Shown piece after piece: positions 39,712 to 50,780 of a stretch of 64,000 bases of DNA. Position numbers and translations under genes: made by a program. The stretch covers positions 64,001 through 128,000 of the forward strand of contig CAVRCJ010000019.1 of the NCBI GenBank assembly GCA_963719515.1. Reading direction: 5' to 3'. Within the stretch, counting starts at the first letter, position 1. Every line of letters starts with the position of its first letter. Source of the DNA: an uncultured cyanobacterium. Its GTDB lineage: Bacteria > Cyanobacteriota > Cyanobacteriia > CAKZMO01. A model generated the notes under the pieces. It made no database searches and was not told the origin of the DNA. It was given only the letters and a program-made list of their open reading frames with translations.

Positions 39712-40257
39712 ATGGCTTTAATTAAACAAAACAACCGTAAGAGCCGGGATCTCCCGACTATAAATGAGCGTATCCGCTTTCCGGAGATCCGAGTGATTGA
39801 TACCAACGGGGATCAGCTCGGCATCATGAAGCCCTTCGATGCTCTCAAAATTGCGGAGGAAAGAGAGCTTGACCTAGTGCTGATCAGCGATAAGGCCAGT
39901 CCTCCGGTCTGCCGAATTATGGATTATGGCAAATTCAAATTTGAGCAGGAGAAGAAGGCCCGCGAGGCCCGCAAAAAGCAGCATACCTCTGACGTCAAAG
40001 AGGTGAAGATGCGCTACAAAATTGGTGAGCATGACTACAACGTGCGCCTCAATCAGGCAGAGCGCTTTTTGAAGTCGGGGGACAAGGTTAAAGCTACGGT
40101 GATGTTTCGGGGGCGAGAGATTCAGCATACCGACCTAGCGGAAATCTTGCTCAACCGACTGGCAACAGATCTAGGTGAGCTAGCCGAACTGCAGCAGGCT
40201 CCTAAGCGGGAAGGCCGCAACATGATGATGATGCTATCGCCCAAAAAGACGACTTGA
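39712..40257 (+). CDS. infC: Translation initiation factor IF-3
   Basis: [39 protein letters not shown]. Confidence 0.98.
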   Translation: MALIKQNNRKSRDLPTINERIRFPEIRVIDTNGDQLGIMKPFDALKIAEERELDLVLISDKASPPVCRIMDYGKFKFEQEKKAREARKKQHTSDVKEVKMRYKIGEHDYNVRLNQAERFLKSGDKVKATVMFRGREIQHTDLAEILLNRLATDLGELAELQQAPKREGRNMMMMLSPKKTT

Positions 40258-40381
40258 CTTGCAGCTGTTCCGCGCTAGTTCTGCGGTGTAGCCTGCCATG
40301 ATCACTGACCTCCGGTCGGGAAGGTTGTCCCTGCCGGAGAGCGGCGATCGCTGCAGCTCGTTCTGCTACAGCTGGACTCTA

Positions 40382-41470
40382 CTACGGCTGGACGATGTAC
40401 TCAGAGCTGACCGGCTCTAGCCTGCCCTGCTGCACGAGTGCCTGATAAACCATGGCGGCGGTTTCTGCTCGAGTGGCGGATTGTTGAGGATTGAGGATAT
40501 CGGTATCGGGATGACTGACCGCCAGCTCGTTCTCAGTCGCGGCTGCGACCTGCGGGACGGCCCAGTCGTCAATTTCCCCCTGGTCTGTATAGGTGGATAC
40601 CAGGTCTTCGGGGGACTGGGGAATAGCCAAGTTCAGGCCGCTGACCAGGGCTACCAGCACTTCCTCCCGGGACACGAGCTCCCCAGGGAGAAAGTTGCCT
40701 TCCGGATAGCCGCTCATGAACTCAGCGACACTGACCCGGCTGATAGAATCAGCGGCCCAGTAGTCAGCAGCGACGTCCTCGTATGGCACAGTCTCAGCAG
40801 AGGCGGTTTCAGCAAACGCTTGGGCAAGCTGGGCCGCAAATTCGGCGCGGGTAACCGGCTGCTCTGGTCTGAATCTGCCGTCACCAAAGCCCGCAATAAT
40901 TCCTGCGCTCAAAAGACTGTTGATGAATGGGGCCGCCCAGTAGTCAGGCGGCACATCCGTTAGATCGGCAACGGGGGGCTCTTCTTCCGCATCGGGGGAT
41001 TCGACCAGGCCACTGCTCGCAGTATCTGGGGCCGGGACGAGAACCTCACGCTCTGCGGCGGGAGTCGGCACAACGCCAACCGACGGCGCTGGATTGGTCT
41101 GCCTCAGCACAACGCCATCTGAATCGACGTCCTCGATAATCGTGCGTCCCCTACGTTCCTCAGCCGCTTCAAGCTCTGCTCTAGGGACTACTGCGTCAGC
41201 TCGAAGATCTGCGTCGCCGCCTCGGCCCGCCAGCCCGCTCAGCAGGGCGTCATCCTCAGCGCTGTCGGCCTCGAATCGCGATCCTAATGGCCCAGACGAT
41301 TGCTCTGAAGACCCGTCAGGGCGCTGAGCCGAAAACAGTTGGGTCCCCCCTAGACGCCCTAGGCCAAGGAACAAAAGGGTACCAATAGCGCCAAAAGCAA
41401 TAACGCTAGCAATCAGCTCGTCTTGTCGTTCATCGCGCGGTGGTTGAGGAGTGGGAGTCGGGTTAGTCAT
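40382..41470 (-). CDS. Membrane-anchored S-layer homology domain protein
   Basis: TM segment, acidic linker, DVPPDYWAAPFI, GFGDGRFRPEQPVTRAEFAA, ATRAETAAMVYQAL. Confidence 0.9.
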   Translation of the reverse strand: MTNPTPTPQPPRDERQDELIASVIAFGAIGTLLFLGLGRLGGTQLFSAQRPDGSSEQSSGPLGSRFEADSAEDDALLSGLAGRGGDADLRADAVVPRAELEAAEERRGRTIIEDVDSDGVVLRQTNPAPSVGVVPTPAAEREVLVPAPDTASSGLVESPDAEEEPPVADLTDVPPDYWAAPFINSLLSAGIIAGFGDGRFRPEQPVTRAEFAAQLAQAFAETASAETVPYEDVAADYWAADSISRVSVAEFMSGYPEGNFLPGELVSREEVLVALVSGLNLAIPQSPEDLVSTYTDQGEIDDWAVPQVAAATENELAVSHPDTDILNPQQSATRAETAAMVYQALVQQGRLEPVSSEYIVQP

Positions 41471-41753
41471 GGTGGTGCGCAATACGCTCAATGAAGTACT
41501 GTTAAATCTGGCTGCTGAGGCGCAGCGCATCTAGCCTGCGCAAAGAGGCAGTAGGCGACCCGCTTGGGAAACTCGGCTCAGTAGCGATCGTAAACCGACA
41601 CTATACTACCGAGGATGGGGGGCGTCTTGTCTACAGTCTTTAGGATTTAAGGTACCATTTCTCGCTAAATTACTTCAGTAACTAGTTCTTGCGGCGGCAT
41701 GATCGCCCATAATAGAGAGAGCGCTAGGCTAAGACGAGTTGGGTTAGGCGGTT

Positions 41754-41927
41754 GTGACAGATAAGGTTCAGACCTGTTCGGTCTGTGGCGTTAAGATTCT
41801 TGCTGCACTGGGGGGCGACCGCGTCCTATTCTCAGTCGGTCCGCAGGGTACGCGCAAGGCTCTCTGGCAAAAGATATGTCGGCACGTAGATAACCCTAGC
41901 TGCATCAATAAGGATCCCAGCGGGTAG
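41754..41927 (+). CDS. Small Cys-rich hypothetical protein, 57 aa (below the ORF-track cutoff)
   Basis: GTG start; MTDKVQTCSVCGVKILAALGGDRVLFSVGPQGTRKALWQKICRHVDNPSCINKDPSG. Confidence 0.7.
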   Translation: MTDKVQTCSVCGVKILAALGGDRVLFSVGPQGTRKALWQKICRHVDNPSCINKDPSG

Positions 41928-42019
41928 ACTTCCCAGCCGTTTTTTCGCGCGGTCAGCCTTTCTCAAAACGTCTCGCTGCAGCCGGAACGAGTGCCTCAAT
42001 TACCCGAACTCAATGCATT

Positions 42020-42907
42020 ATGCAAGATTTAGACGCCCTCTCTTTGGCAAGTACGGCTTCAGAACTGGCTTCGACGCCCTCTGTCTCGATCCCTTCTATT
42101 GAAGGCGAAAATCAAGATGAAGACCAGCCGATAGCGTCTGGTACGCTGAGCGCGGTTGCTTTTTTCTTGGGAGAGCGCCTCGACACAAAAGCGTTTGAAA
42201 CCGCAGACTGCTTGGCTAGCGCTCCGCTGACTATCAGGCTGGGACGGCAGGGCTACGGCGTTTTATTCTCTTATGGGGCAGCGGTCTTGTTTGACCTAGA
42301 GCCGGTTGAAGAAGCTACGGCGGTGACTCAGCTGCAGTCTTTCGTGAGCGACTCCTTCTCAGCCCCAGAGACTGAGCGAGTTGAGCTGTATTTTAACGCC
42401 GACACTGCCCGAGCAGCCGGCGGAAAGATTTGGCTGCAGCACTTTGGCGTCGAGCAGCTTCAGCTTGTCAGCGATGTATTGTCAAAGAGCGTTGTGCTTG
42501 CCCATTACGAGGCGAGAATAGCAGCGATCTTCGATCAGCTGGAGCCGTTTTCGAAAAATCTGCAGGACAACACCAAAACCGACCGGTGGAGTAAGCTGCT
42601 GCTAAAGCAGATCGGCAACAACCTCTCTATTCAGCACAAAATTGTTGGCCGCGTCGAAATTATTGATAAGCCTGACCTACTCTGGGATGCGCCTAACCTA
42701 GAGCGGCTTTACCTCAGGCTTGAAGATGAGTACGAAATCAAAGAGCGCCACATTGCCTTGGAGCGAAAGCTGTCGCTGGTGACTCAAACCGCTGAAACAG
42801 CTCTAGAGCTACTTCAGCACAACACTAACCTGCGGGTTGAGTGGTATATCGTCGTTCTCATCGTCATTGAGATTTTGCTATCTCTATATGACCTGTTTTT
42901 AAGGTAG
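42020..42907 (+). CDS. RMD1/DUF155 family protein
   Basis: VLFSYGAAVLF, LSKSVVLAHYE, DKPDLLWD, YEIKER...LERKL, EWYIVVLIVIEI. Confidence 0.9.
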   Translation: MQDLDALSLASTASELASTPSVSIPSIEGENQDEDQPIASGTLSAVAFFLGERLDTKAFETADCLASAPLTIRLGRQGYGVLFSYGAAVLFDLEPVEEATAVTQLQSFVSDSFSAPETERVELYFNADTARAAGGKIWLQHFGVEQLQLVSDVLSKSVVLAHYEARIAAIFDQLEPFSKNLQDNTKTDRWSKLLLKQIGNNLSIQHKIVGRVEIIDKPDLLWDAPNLERLYLRLEDEYEIKERHIALERKLSLVTQTAETALELLQHNTNLRVEWYIVVLIVIEILLSLYDLFLR

Positions 42908-43005
42908 GAGATTCAGGCGCTAGACTGAGTCGTCGAGGGCCTATTGACCCTGAAGTAGAAAACTCGACTGCAGCAGATTAGCGAACGAAGGAGCTAAAGC
43001 AAGAG

Positions 43006-43362
43006 CTATGGCTGTAGCGCATGGTATTCAGAGCGAGAAAGACCGTCTCCTTCAGGCATCGGCTGCTGCTTGACCCGCATGGCCAACTCCTGCAGCTGGC
43101 TAACCGCCTCTGCACCCTCTAGCTTCATAAGTTCGCGGTCACCTCGCATTTCGGTCCAGGTGATGCCGTAATCAGAAACTAAAAACCGGATCAAATGATC
43201 TTCCCCGAGGCTCACCATGAATGAGGCGCTGTTCATCTGCGCACCGCAGGTATAGCACGAGGCAAGGTATCCCCGTCGCTCAAGCACGGTCGCAAGAGCC
43301 TGAAGATTCATGACGAGGTCTTTGACAAACTGACGATGCTGCTCTGCAAGCCTTGAAAACAT
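43006..43362 (-). CDS. DUF1815 family protein
   Basis: MF.RLAEQHRQFVKDLVMNLQALA, ASCYTCG, IRFLVSDYGITWTE. Confidence 0.88.
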   Translation of the reverse strand: MFSRLAEQHRQFVKDLVMNLQALATVLERRGYLASCYTCGAQMNSASFMVSLGEDHLIRFLVSDYGITWTEMRGDRELMKLEGAEAVSQLQELAMRVKQQPMPEGDGLSRSEYHALQP

Positions 43363-43838
43363 ACTTGACTCCTGACACCAATGTTAACGACGTCAAACAA
43401 TTTTAACGATTTTTTAATAAGCTTACTTAACTGTACCTTGGCTTTCCAGACGATACGGGCTTGTATCATAAAAAACCGGAAAACCTGCGCGACTTGATTT
43501 GGGATATAAGCTCAACGTGATATCCACCCTGCTAAGTCCTGAAGCGCTAAAAACTAGCTGCAGGAACGGGTTTAGTCTAGGGGATAGAGACATCTACAGT
43601 TGATGCAGCGCTGTTCTGGCCAACCTGCACTCAGGTTAACATTCTCACCCCCCGCTTCGATGGTTCTGGTGTGACAAAGTTGTAGACAAGGTCACCCCTT
43701 TTTTCGAAAAGATTACGTGAAGCTGGTTTCCAGGTTAGGCGATCGCCCTCTGCCCGGTATCGGTCGCTAGACGTAGCCACTACCAGATGAGGTCAATGCG
43801 AATGTATGAGCGCCAAACCTATAGGCTGAAGCTATTGG

Positions 43839-44051
43839 CTAGCTGAGCTGCCACCAGCCGAGAGCCGGGCCTAATAGTCGGACCACAACCCAGTAGACGA
43901 CGAGGGCACCGATACCTATCCATGCGCCCTGGGTACTGAGCTTGACGAACGCACTAGCTTGACTCTTTTTGATAGGAAGCCAGGGCAAAATGTTGGGCTC
44001 TTGTCCGTATTGCTCGCCCAGCACATCCTTACGCCGCTTAGAATCACCCAT
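43839..44051 (-). CDS. DUF2839 family protein
   Basis: MGDSKRRK, ILPWLPI.K.Q, GAWIGIG, VR..GP.LGWW. Confidence 0.88.
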   Translation of the reverse strand: MGDSKRRKDVLGEQYGQEPNILPWLPIKKSQASAFVKLSTQGAWIGIGALVVYWVVVRLLGPALGWWQLS

Positions 44052-44152
44052 GTCCGTTGCTGTCTATCTATTTACGTCATGATCAATATTGGCACAAACC
44101 TCGCCCAGGTTGAGACGGGGGCGCAGCGATCTGAATGGTCTACAGCTCAAAA

Positions 44153-45364
44153 CTATGTTTGAGACGATAGCGCTTCGCGCGGAACGTTCTGCGCAGCGGT
44201 AGCCGCGCGGCTAGAGAGATGCGAAAAAAGCGTCTGAAACGCTTCGTTGCGCACCGATTCAAAAAAGAAAAAAGAAACGCCGTCTAGACCCCTCGCTTTA
44301 ACGGCAGCGGCTTGAGCAGAAATCAAATCTGGGGCAAGCGGACGATCTTTAAGACCGGCAAGAATGCCAACACCGACGGATGAGAAATTTTGTACGCCTT
44401 GGGCGACTAAACGATCAACCTCTTCTACAAATGAGGCCACGGTGGGCCGATAGATCTGCACAATCAGCTGATCTATCCAGCCCTGCTGTTGCCACTGGTC
44501 CCAGGCTTGAAGATACTGATCGTAAGCAAAAGGCAGCGGATTGGGCGACAGGGACAAAATTGCCTCAGGGCGCTCTCGCTTGACGGCGGCGACGATTTCT
44601 CCCATGAGCGACGTCAGCTGGTCTGACCGCCAGGCCATCCAGTCTGGGTCGCGGGGATCATTGGGGGGAAGGCGATCGCCGTGGGTCTGCTGGTATTGGG
44701 CGATGGTGTAAGGGTCGTAGCCAAACTCCACCGGCCAGCTAAAGTGGTCGTCAAACTGAATTCCATCTATGGGGTAAGCTGACGCGACTTCTGCAAGCAG
44801 ACTGACGTAAAATTCTCTCACCTCCGGGTGTAGGGGGTTGAGCCAGAATCTCGGATGGCGGCCCTGCATAAATAGGCGACTGCCGTCTTGCCGTTGGGCT
44901 AGCCAGCTGGGATGCCGACGCGCTAGCTCGGAGTAGGAGGGGGTCATGAGGCCAAACTCGAACCAGGGGATCACCGCCATCTCTTGGTCGCGGCCAAGCT
45001 GGGTCAGTTCTGCCAGCAGATCTCGATTCGCCAACCCAGGATGAGGGTCGACCCGTGAGCCAACGACGCGCTCGGCAACGGCGCTGGGATAGAGGGAGTA
45101 CCCCCAATTCCAGACGGTGGGGTAGAGGGTATTGATGCCCAGCTGGGCCATACGCTCTACCCCACGGGCCGTCTGTAGCTCCGAGAGGAGGACGCCGCTG
45201 TCGATATTGGTGAGCCATACCCCTCGGAATTCATCGGAGGGCAGTGGGTTATGGCTGGCCGAAGGGAGAGCCATACCGGCCGCCAGCAGGATCCCCAATA
45301 GAGCGATCGCGGCCCGAGACGCCCATCGGCGCTTAAGTCGTTTTAGCGGGGTAACGTTCAGCAC
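44153..45364 (-). CDS. Glycoside hydrolase family 10-like (GHL10/DUF187) protein
   Basis: EFRGVWLTNIDS, NTLYPTVWNWG, IPWFEFG, WLNPLHPEV, IDGIQFDDHF. Confidence 0.9.
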   Translation of the reverse strand: MLNVTPLKRLKRRWASRAAIALLGILLAAGMALPSASHNPLPSDEFRGVWLTNIDSGVLLSELQTARGVERMAQLGINTLYPTVWNWGYSLYPSAVAERVVGSRVDPHPGLANRDLLAELTQLGRDQEMAVIPWFEFGLMTPSYSELARRHPSWLAQRQDGSRLFMQGRHPRFWLNPLHPEVREFYVSLLAEVASAYPIDGIQFDDHFSWPVEFGYDPYTIAQYQQTHGDRLPPNDPRDPDWMAWRSDQLTSLMGEIVAAVKRERPEAILSLSPNPLPFAYDQYLQAWDQWQQQGWIDQLIVQIYRPTVASFVEEVDRLVAQGVQNFSSVGVGILAGLKDRPLAPDLISAQAAAVKARGLDGVSFFFFESVRNEAFQTLFSHLSSRAATAAQNVPREALSSQT

Positions 45365-45528
45365 GATAGTTTGGTTAGGCGACGGCTCAATTCGAGTGAA
45401 CTCACAACATCATCTTCAAGTTTACGGCAACAGAGCGCTATAGTACTATAGATCTACTAATCTGTTTTGCTAGCTCGGCACCTGTTCAGCGAGCGCCATA
45501 GCTTCCAAAGGCCATACTCAATCGTCAC

Positions 45529-45930
45529 TCAATCGTCTTTGGGGAGCAGCGCAGTAATCCGGTCTACGAAATCTTGGTGGTCTACGACAGGTTTTGAGAT
45601 GTAGCCATCGGCACCGCTCTGGCGCAAAAAACTCTCGCGATCGCCCTGCATAGCGTGGGCTGTAACCAAAATGATAGGAAGATCGGCGGTTTTGGGGTCT
45701 GACTTCAGCATCTGGGTAATGTGGATACCGTCAACAGGCTTCCCCTGGTAGACGCTACGAGAGAGCGAAACATCCATCAAAATGATGTCGATCTCGCGGG
45801 ATTGAGCGACTTCCAAGACCTCTTCGACGTCTTCAGTATGCCTAACCGCTAGTCCGCCTCTCTTGGTCAGAATTTTTGAGAAGACCCGAGCATTGATCAA
45901 GTCGTCTTCGACAATTAAAACGGTTTTCAT
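45529..45930 (-). CDS. Single-domain response regulator (DivK/CheY-like)
   Basis: VLIVEDD, ILMDVSL, VTAHAM.GD, YISKP. Confidence 0.95.
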   Translation of the reverse strand: MKTVLIVEDDLINARVFSKILTKRGGLAVRHTEDVEEVLEVAQSREIDIILMDVSLSRSVYQGKPVDGIHITQMLKSDPKTADLPIILVTAHAMQGDRESFLRQSGADGYISKPVVDHQDFVDRITALLPKDD

Positions 45931-46434
45931 AAGGTGGTCCTAGCTAAATTGAGTCACATAGGGTACTTAAAATATGCACTTACATGTACGAGATAGTATC
46001 GCAACTGTAACCATTGGTGCGGATATGCCGCAAATGTGGCCGCAAACAGGTTTACTGGCGGGGTCAGTTGTCGAGTGCCGGTCTCGTCCTATTTGCCCCA
46101 CCCAATCCGTTCCCTGCTCCTGCGCTGCGGCACTGAACGACGGCGCTGCCTACAGCGCAATTGAAATCAGACGAGATAGAGAGTTAGATGGAACTAGTGC
46201 CTGTCGGTATCTCTCTTCAGCCCAAGTTGAGCTAAATCCGCTACCTTCATCATATGGGAACACCGATAAAGATATGCTGGGTCGGCGCTCAGGCTCACAC
46301 CGCCTTGCCTTTGACGGCATCGTAAGGGAGGCTAGATCAATCGATTTTCCACTCTAGACACCGTTTCAATTTCACCGCTACTTCATCGCTGCGCCGCTTT
46401 TTCTCTATTTAATATATAGACAGGATCACCGCTC

Positions 46435-48963
46435 ATGGCTAGACAGCTCAAAATTATTTCTCCAGGGCAAGTCATTCCGACCCCGCTTCACTCTGAGGTA
46501 CAGCGCTCGTACCTGGAGTATGCCATGAGCGTGATTGTAGGTCGGGCCTTGCCAGATGTCAGGGATGGCTTAAAGCCTGTGCATCGACGGATTCTCTACG
46601 CCATGCATGAGTTGGGTCTCACCCCGGACCGCCCCTACCGCAAATGTGCTCGCGTCGTTGGGGATGTCCTGGGCAAATATCATCCCCATGGCGACCAGGC
46701 CGTTTATGACGCCCTAGTGCGCATGGTGCAGTCTTTCTCCAGCCGCTATCCGCTGCTCGCGGGGCACGGGAACTTTGGCTCGGTAGATAACGACCCGCCC
46801 GCTGCGATGCGATACACCGAGACGCGGCTAGCCCAGGTGGGTAACGACGCGCTGCTGACGGAAATTGGCGAGGCGACAGTCAACTTTATCGACAACTTTG
46901 ACAGCTCTCAGCAAGAGCCTGTCGTCTTACCGGCTCAGCTGCCGTTTCTCCTGCTCAACGGCTCGTCAGGGATTGCGGTCGGCATGGCCACCAACATCCC
47001 TCCCCACAACTTAGGAGAGGTGGTCGATGGACTCATTGCCCTGATTGACCGCCCCGATCTACCGGACGAAAAGCTGCTGAAGCTTATTCCTGGCCCTGAC
47101 TTCCCCACAGGAGGAGAAATCACGGGAACTAAAGGAATTCGCGACGCCTACTTGACCGGACGGGGCAGCATTCCCATTCGGGCCGTTACGCAAACTGAAG
47201 AAGTGCCGGGGGGGCGGGGGCGGCATCGACGGACGGCCATCATCGTCACGGAGCTGCCGTTTCAGGTGAATAAAGCGGGCTGCATCGAAAAGATTGCTGA
47301 GCTTGTCAACAATGGCCGAGTCGAGGGGATCGCCGACATTCGAGACGAGAGCGATCGCGAGGGAATGCGCATCGTTATTGAGCTGCGGCGCGATGCCTCA
47401 GCGGAGACTATCCTCAGCGCTCTGTACCGAATGACGCCGCTGCAGAGTAACTTTGGGACTATCATGCTCTGCCTCTCAGACGGACAGCCTCAGCAAATGA
47501 CCCTCAGGCAGGCGCTCAGCGCATTTTTGTCCTTCCGCGAAGATACCCTAACGCGGCAGTATGGCCATGAGCTAGATCAAGCTGAGCAGCGGCTGAGCGT
47601 GGTGGCGGGGCTGCTGGTGGCGCTGGAAAACCTAGACACGGTGATCGACATTTTGCGCAATTCAGCCGATGGCACGTCCGCAAAGGCGGAAATGCAGGCC
47701 GACCTTGACCTCAGCGATCGCCAATGCGACGCTATTTTGGCCATGCCCCTGCGCCGACTTACCGGGTTAGAGCGGCAGCGCCTGCAGACGGAGCACGATG
47801 AGCTAACGGCCCGGATTGACCGGCTCAATCAGCTGCTGGGCGATCGCCAGGAGTTACTTAAGGCTCTGAAAAAGGAGCTGCGGGCGCTCAAGCGCCAGTT
47901 TAGCGACGAGAGGCGCACCCGCATTCTCAGCGCAGAGGAGCGAGAGCAGGAAAAAGAGCGGCTAGCCGAGATTCAGGCGGTAGTGATAGAGGATGACGTC
48001 GTGCTGGAGTTCACTCAGCAGGGCTACCTGCGGCGGTCGTCACCCCGAGCCTTTCAGCGGCGGCTGGCCAAAACTGACCCGCTGCCCAGCACCTTAGAGT
48101 CCATTACCGATGACATTGTCACCCAGGTCATTCCCACTACGACAGGGCGATCGCTGCTGAGCTTTACTCGCAGCGGTAAGGCCTTCAGCCTCCCGGTGGG
48201 TGATATTCCTGCCACACCTCGCAATTCTAGGGGGACGCCCCTCGTTACGCTACTGCCGCCTTCAGCTCAGGCCGAGGGCGATCTAGAAGGGAGTGCAGCG
48301 CAGCTGGTCTACCCCGAGGATGACCAGGGAAAAGACGTGATTTTGCTCACTCAGCAAGGCCGGATTAAGCGGTTGCCTCTCTCCGACTTTTCCTCGCTCA
48401 CGGCCCGTGGCCTGACGGCTCTAAAGCTCAAAGCGGGGGATAGCTTGGCTGACGTACTGGTATTGGCAGACGACGCTCAGCTCGTCCTAGCGACCTCGGG
48501 GGGGCGACTGCTGCGGTTCGCCTTGAGCGAGGAGCAGGTGCCCTACACGGGGCGGACAACTCAAGGACAGACCGGCATTCGTCTAGGCCGTCGCGAGAGC
48601 TGCGTTGGGTGGACGCTGGTGAATGCGGCGGCGACTCAAGAATCTCTGCTGCTGCTCACGGCGCAGGGCTACGGGAAGCGGCTGCGCCTTGAGCAAATTC
48701 GCTTGGGAAATCGAGGCGATCTGGGCATCCAGGCGATGCCGTTTTCCGCTAAGACGGACCGGCTGATTGGGCTATCTTGGGCCAGTGCAAAGACCAAAAC
48801 TCGAATCACGACAGATCAAGACCGCATCGCGCAGCTTTCAGCCGGTGAAGTTCCCATAAAAGGCCGCGACGATAAAGGGAAACGAGTCGTCACGCTGGCC
48901 AAAAAAGAAACTATTTTGGCGCTGAAAGAAGTGCCTAACACAGAGAACCTCCCTGACAGCTAG
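46435..48963 (+). CDS. gyrA: DNA gyrase / topoisomerase IV subunit A paralog
   Basis: [37 protein letters not shown], beta-pinwheel C-terminal domain without a clear GyrA-box. Confidence 0.95.
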   Translation: MARQLKIISPGQVIPTPLHSEVQRSYLEYAMSVIVGRALPDVRDGLKPVHRRILYAMHELGLTPDRPYRKCARVVGDVLGKYHPHGDQAVYDALVRMVQSFSSRYPLLAGHGNFGSVDNDPPAAMRYTETRLAQVGNDALLTEIGEATVNFIDNFDSSQQEPVVLPAQLPFLLLNGSSGIAVGMATNIPPHNLGEVVDGLIALIDRPDLPDEKLLKLIPGPDFPTGGEITGTKGIRDAYLTGRGSIPIRAVTQTEEVPGGRGRHRRTAIIVTELPFQVNKAGCIEKIAELVNNGRVEGIADIRDESDREGMRIVIELRRDASAETILSALYRMTPLQSNFGTIMLCLSDGQPQQMTLRQALSAFLSFREDTLTRQYGHELDQAEQRLSVVAGLLVALENLDTVIDILRNSADGTSAKAEMQADLDLSDRQCDAILAMPLRRLTGLERQRLQTEHDELTARIDRLNQLLGDRQELLKALKKELRALKRQFSDERRTRILSAEEREQEKERLAEIQAVVIEDDVVLEFTQQGYLRRSSPRAFQRRLAKTDPLPSTLESITDDIVTQVIPTTTGRSLLSFTRSGKAFSLPVGDIPATPRNSRGTPLVTLLPPSAQAEGDLEGSAAQLVYPEDDQGKDVILLTQQGRIKRLPLSDFSSLTARGLTALKLKAGDSLADVLVLADDAQLVLATSGGRLLRFALSEEQVPYTGRTTQGQTGIRLGRRESCVGWTLVNAAATQESLLLLTAQGYGKRLRLEQIRLGNRGDLGIQAMPFSAKTDRLIGLSWASAKTKTRITTDQDRIAQLSAGEVPIKGRDDKGKRVVTLAKKETILALKEVPNTENLPDS

Positions 48964-49080
48964 GGTGTCAGCGCGCAGAATCTCTATCTTTCGACTCGGC
49001 TGTTGTCTTTCAACTGGCCCTTCTCGGTGAGCCAAGGAGTCTCGATAATGTTGGCTAGATAACTGCTTGCTAGCACCGCC

Positions 49081-50247
49081 ATGACTTCCTCTGCTCACCC
49101 TGCTCAACTGCAGGTGCCGTCCGACACTGCAGCTCCGCCTACTGGGTTAAGCCCTGAAGATTTAAGCCCTGGGGCACCGCTTCCCTCACAGCCAGAAGCG
49201 ATCGCGACCCAGCCTCATTTGTGGATGCCAGAGCAGGTTCTGTTTACGCCCGCTGCTCTAGAAGAGGCTTGGGGGCAGCAAATTTTAGAGCGAGTCGAAG
49301 GGCTCAATATACCGGTCAAGCGGCTCACCCAAAACCGCATCACTGGGCTCCGGGGCAGCACCGAGCGCGAGACCTACGGTATTGCCAAGCGAACCATGGC
49401 AGTGGTGGTCGCCCCACCAAGCCAGCTTAAGCTCAGCCCCATCCCGCCCTCTGCCGACTGGCAGTTTCACCTCGCTCAGGGGTGTCCCGCTCACTGTCAG
49501 TATTGCTACCTAGCGGGCAGCCTGCAGGGGCCACCCGTGATCCGCGCCTACGCTAATCTGCCCCAAATTTTGGATAATCTGCAGCAGTACGAAGCGGCTG
49601 ATGGCCCCACTAGCTTTGAGGTTAGCTGCTACACCGATCCTTTGAGCCTCGAACACCTCACCGGCAGTTTGGCGGAGTGCATTCGCTACTTTGGCACCCG
49701 CGAGCAGGGCTACCTGCGCTGGGTAAGTAAGTTTGACGCGGTGGAGAGCCTCGTCGGTCTGCCCCACAAGGGTCGGACGCGCTGTCGATTTAGCGTCAAC
49801 GCCCATTCGGTGTCTCGCTTCTTCGAGGGGGGAACCGCAAGCGTGCCTCAGCGGCTTGCTGCCCTGCGGACTCTGGCCCTGCCCACCGCTCGCGGCGGTG
49901 GCGGCTATCCCATAGGGTTAGTTATTGCCCCAATTATGCCTCTAGACAACTGGCGACAAGAGTACGGTGAGCTGTTTAACCAAATTGGGCAGGCCCTCGA
50001 TTTTGACTGCGACCTGACCTTTGAGCTGATTTCCCATCGATTTACGCCGGGATCTAAGGCCGTCTTACAAAGCTGGTACCCCGGCAGTCGGCTAGACTTG
50101 GATGAGGAAAATCGCAGCGTCAAGCGCAATAAGTTTGGCGGCGTCAAATATGTCTATGAGCCGGGCACGATGCGATCGCTCAGGTCATTCTTCGAATCGG
50201 AGATTGAAAGCCGGTTTCCGCAGGCCCGTCTGCTGTACTGGACTTAA
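49081..50247 (+). CDS. Spore photoproduct lyase family radical SAM protein
   Basis: GCPAHCQYCYL, FEVSCYTDPL.LEHLTGSL, ELISHRFT, KFGG.KYVY. Confidence 0.88.
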   Translation: MTSSAHPAQLQVPSDTAAPPTGLSPEDLSPGAPLPSQPEAIATQPHLWMPEQVLFTPAALEEAWGQQILERVEGLNIPVKRLTQNRITGLRGSTERETYGIAKRTMAVVVAPPSQLKLSPIPPSADWQFHLAQGCPAHCQYCYLAGSLQGPPVIRAYANLPQILDNLQQYEAADGPTSFEVSCYTDPLSLEHLTGSLAECIRYFGTREQGYLRWVSKFDAVESLVGLPHKGRTRCRFSVNAHSVSRFFEGGTASVPQRLAALRTLALPTARGGGGYPIGLVIAPIMPLDNWRQEYGELFNQIGQALDFDCDLTFELISHRFTPGSKAVLQSWYPGSRLDLDEENRSVKRNKFGGVKYVYEPGTMRSLRSFFESEIESRFPQARLLYWT

Positions 50248-50309
50248 GCCTGGTGGCACTGCCCTGAAACTCCTATCTTCACAGCATTAGCGGAGACTTG
50301 AATCCCTCT

Positions 50310-50729
50310 ATGAACACCGTCAGCGATCGTCTCAAAACGCTCAACCGCATCCGCCGATTTAGTCGCCTGATGGATACGGCGATTGGCATTCCGGGCACTA
50401 AGTTTCGCATTGGTCTTGACCCCATTATCGGTCTATTGCCGGGGGCAGGGGACCTGCTAACGACCGGATTCTCGGTCTATATTTTGGTGATGGCGGCCCG
50501 CTTCCGCTTGCCAACGTCCCTTCTGCGCGGGATGATCTTGAACGTAGCGCTAGAAGCGGTCTTGGGCTCAGTTCCCGTCTTGGGTGATGTCTTTGACGCC
50601 TTCTTCAAAGCTAATATTCGCAACCTCGCCGTATTAGAGCAGCATTTGCAGGCCAGTGCGCCCGAGCTGCAAGAAGAAGATGCGGAGAACCTGTCTAGCG
50701 TTGACCCAGACTTTGTGCGATCGCTATAG
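50310..50729 (+). CDS. DUF4112 domain protein
   Basis: LMDTAI.IPGT.FRIGLDPIIGLLPGAGD, GD.FD..FKAN.RN. Confidence 0.92.
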   Translation: MNTVSDRLKTLNRIRRFSRLMDTAIGIPGTKFRIGLDPIIGLLPGAGDLLTTGFSVYILVMAARFRLPTSLLRGMILNVALEAVLGSVPVLGDVFDAFFKANIRNLAVLEQHLQASAPELQEEDAENLSSVDPDFVRSL

Positions 50730-50780
50730 CTACAGCTCCGCTGCTACAACTCTAAATCTACGTTATGGAGAGGGTGCCGT

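Noticed and set aside
45974..46357. 127-aa ORF upstream of gyrA
   Set aside because: No recognisable motifs or codon bias; it lies in a divergent promoter region.
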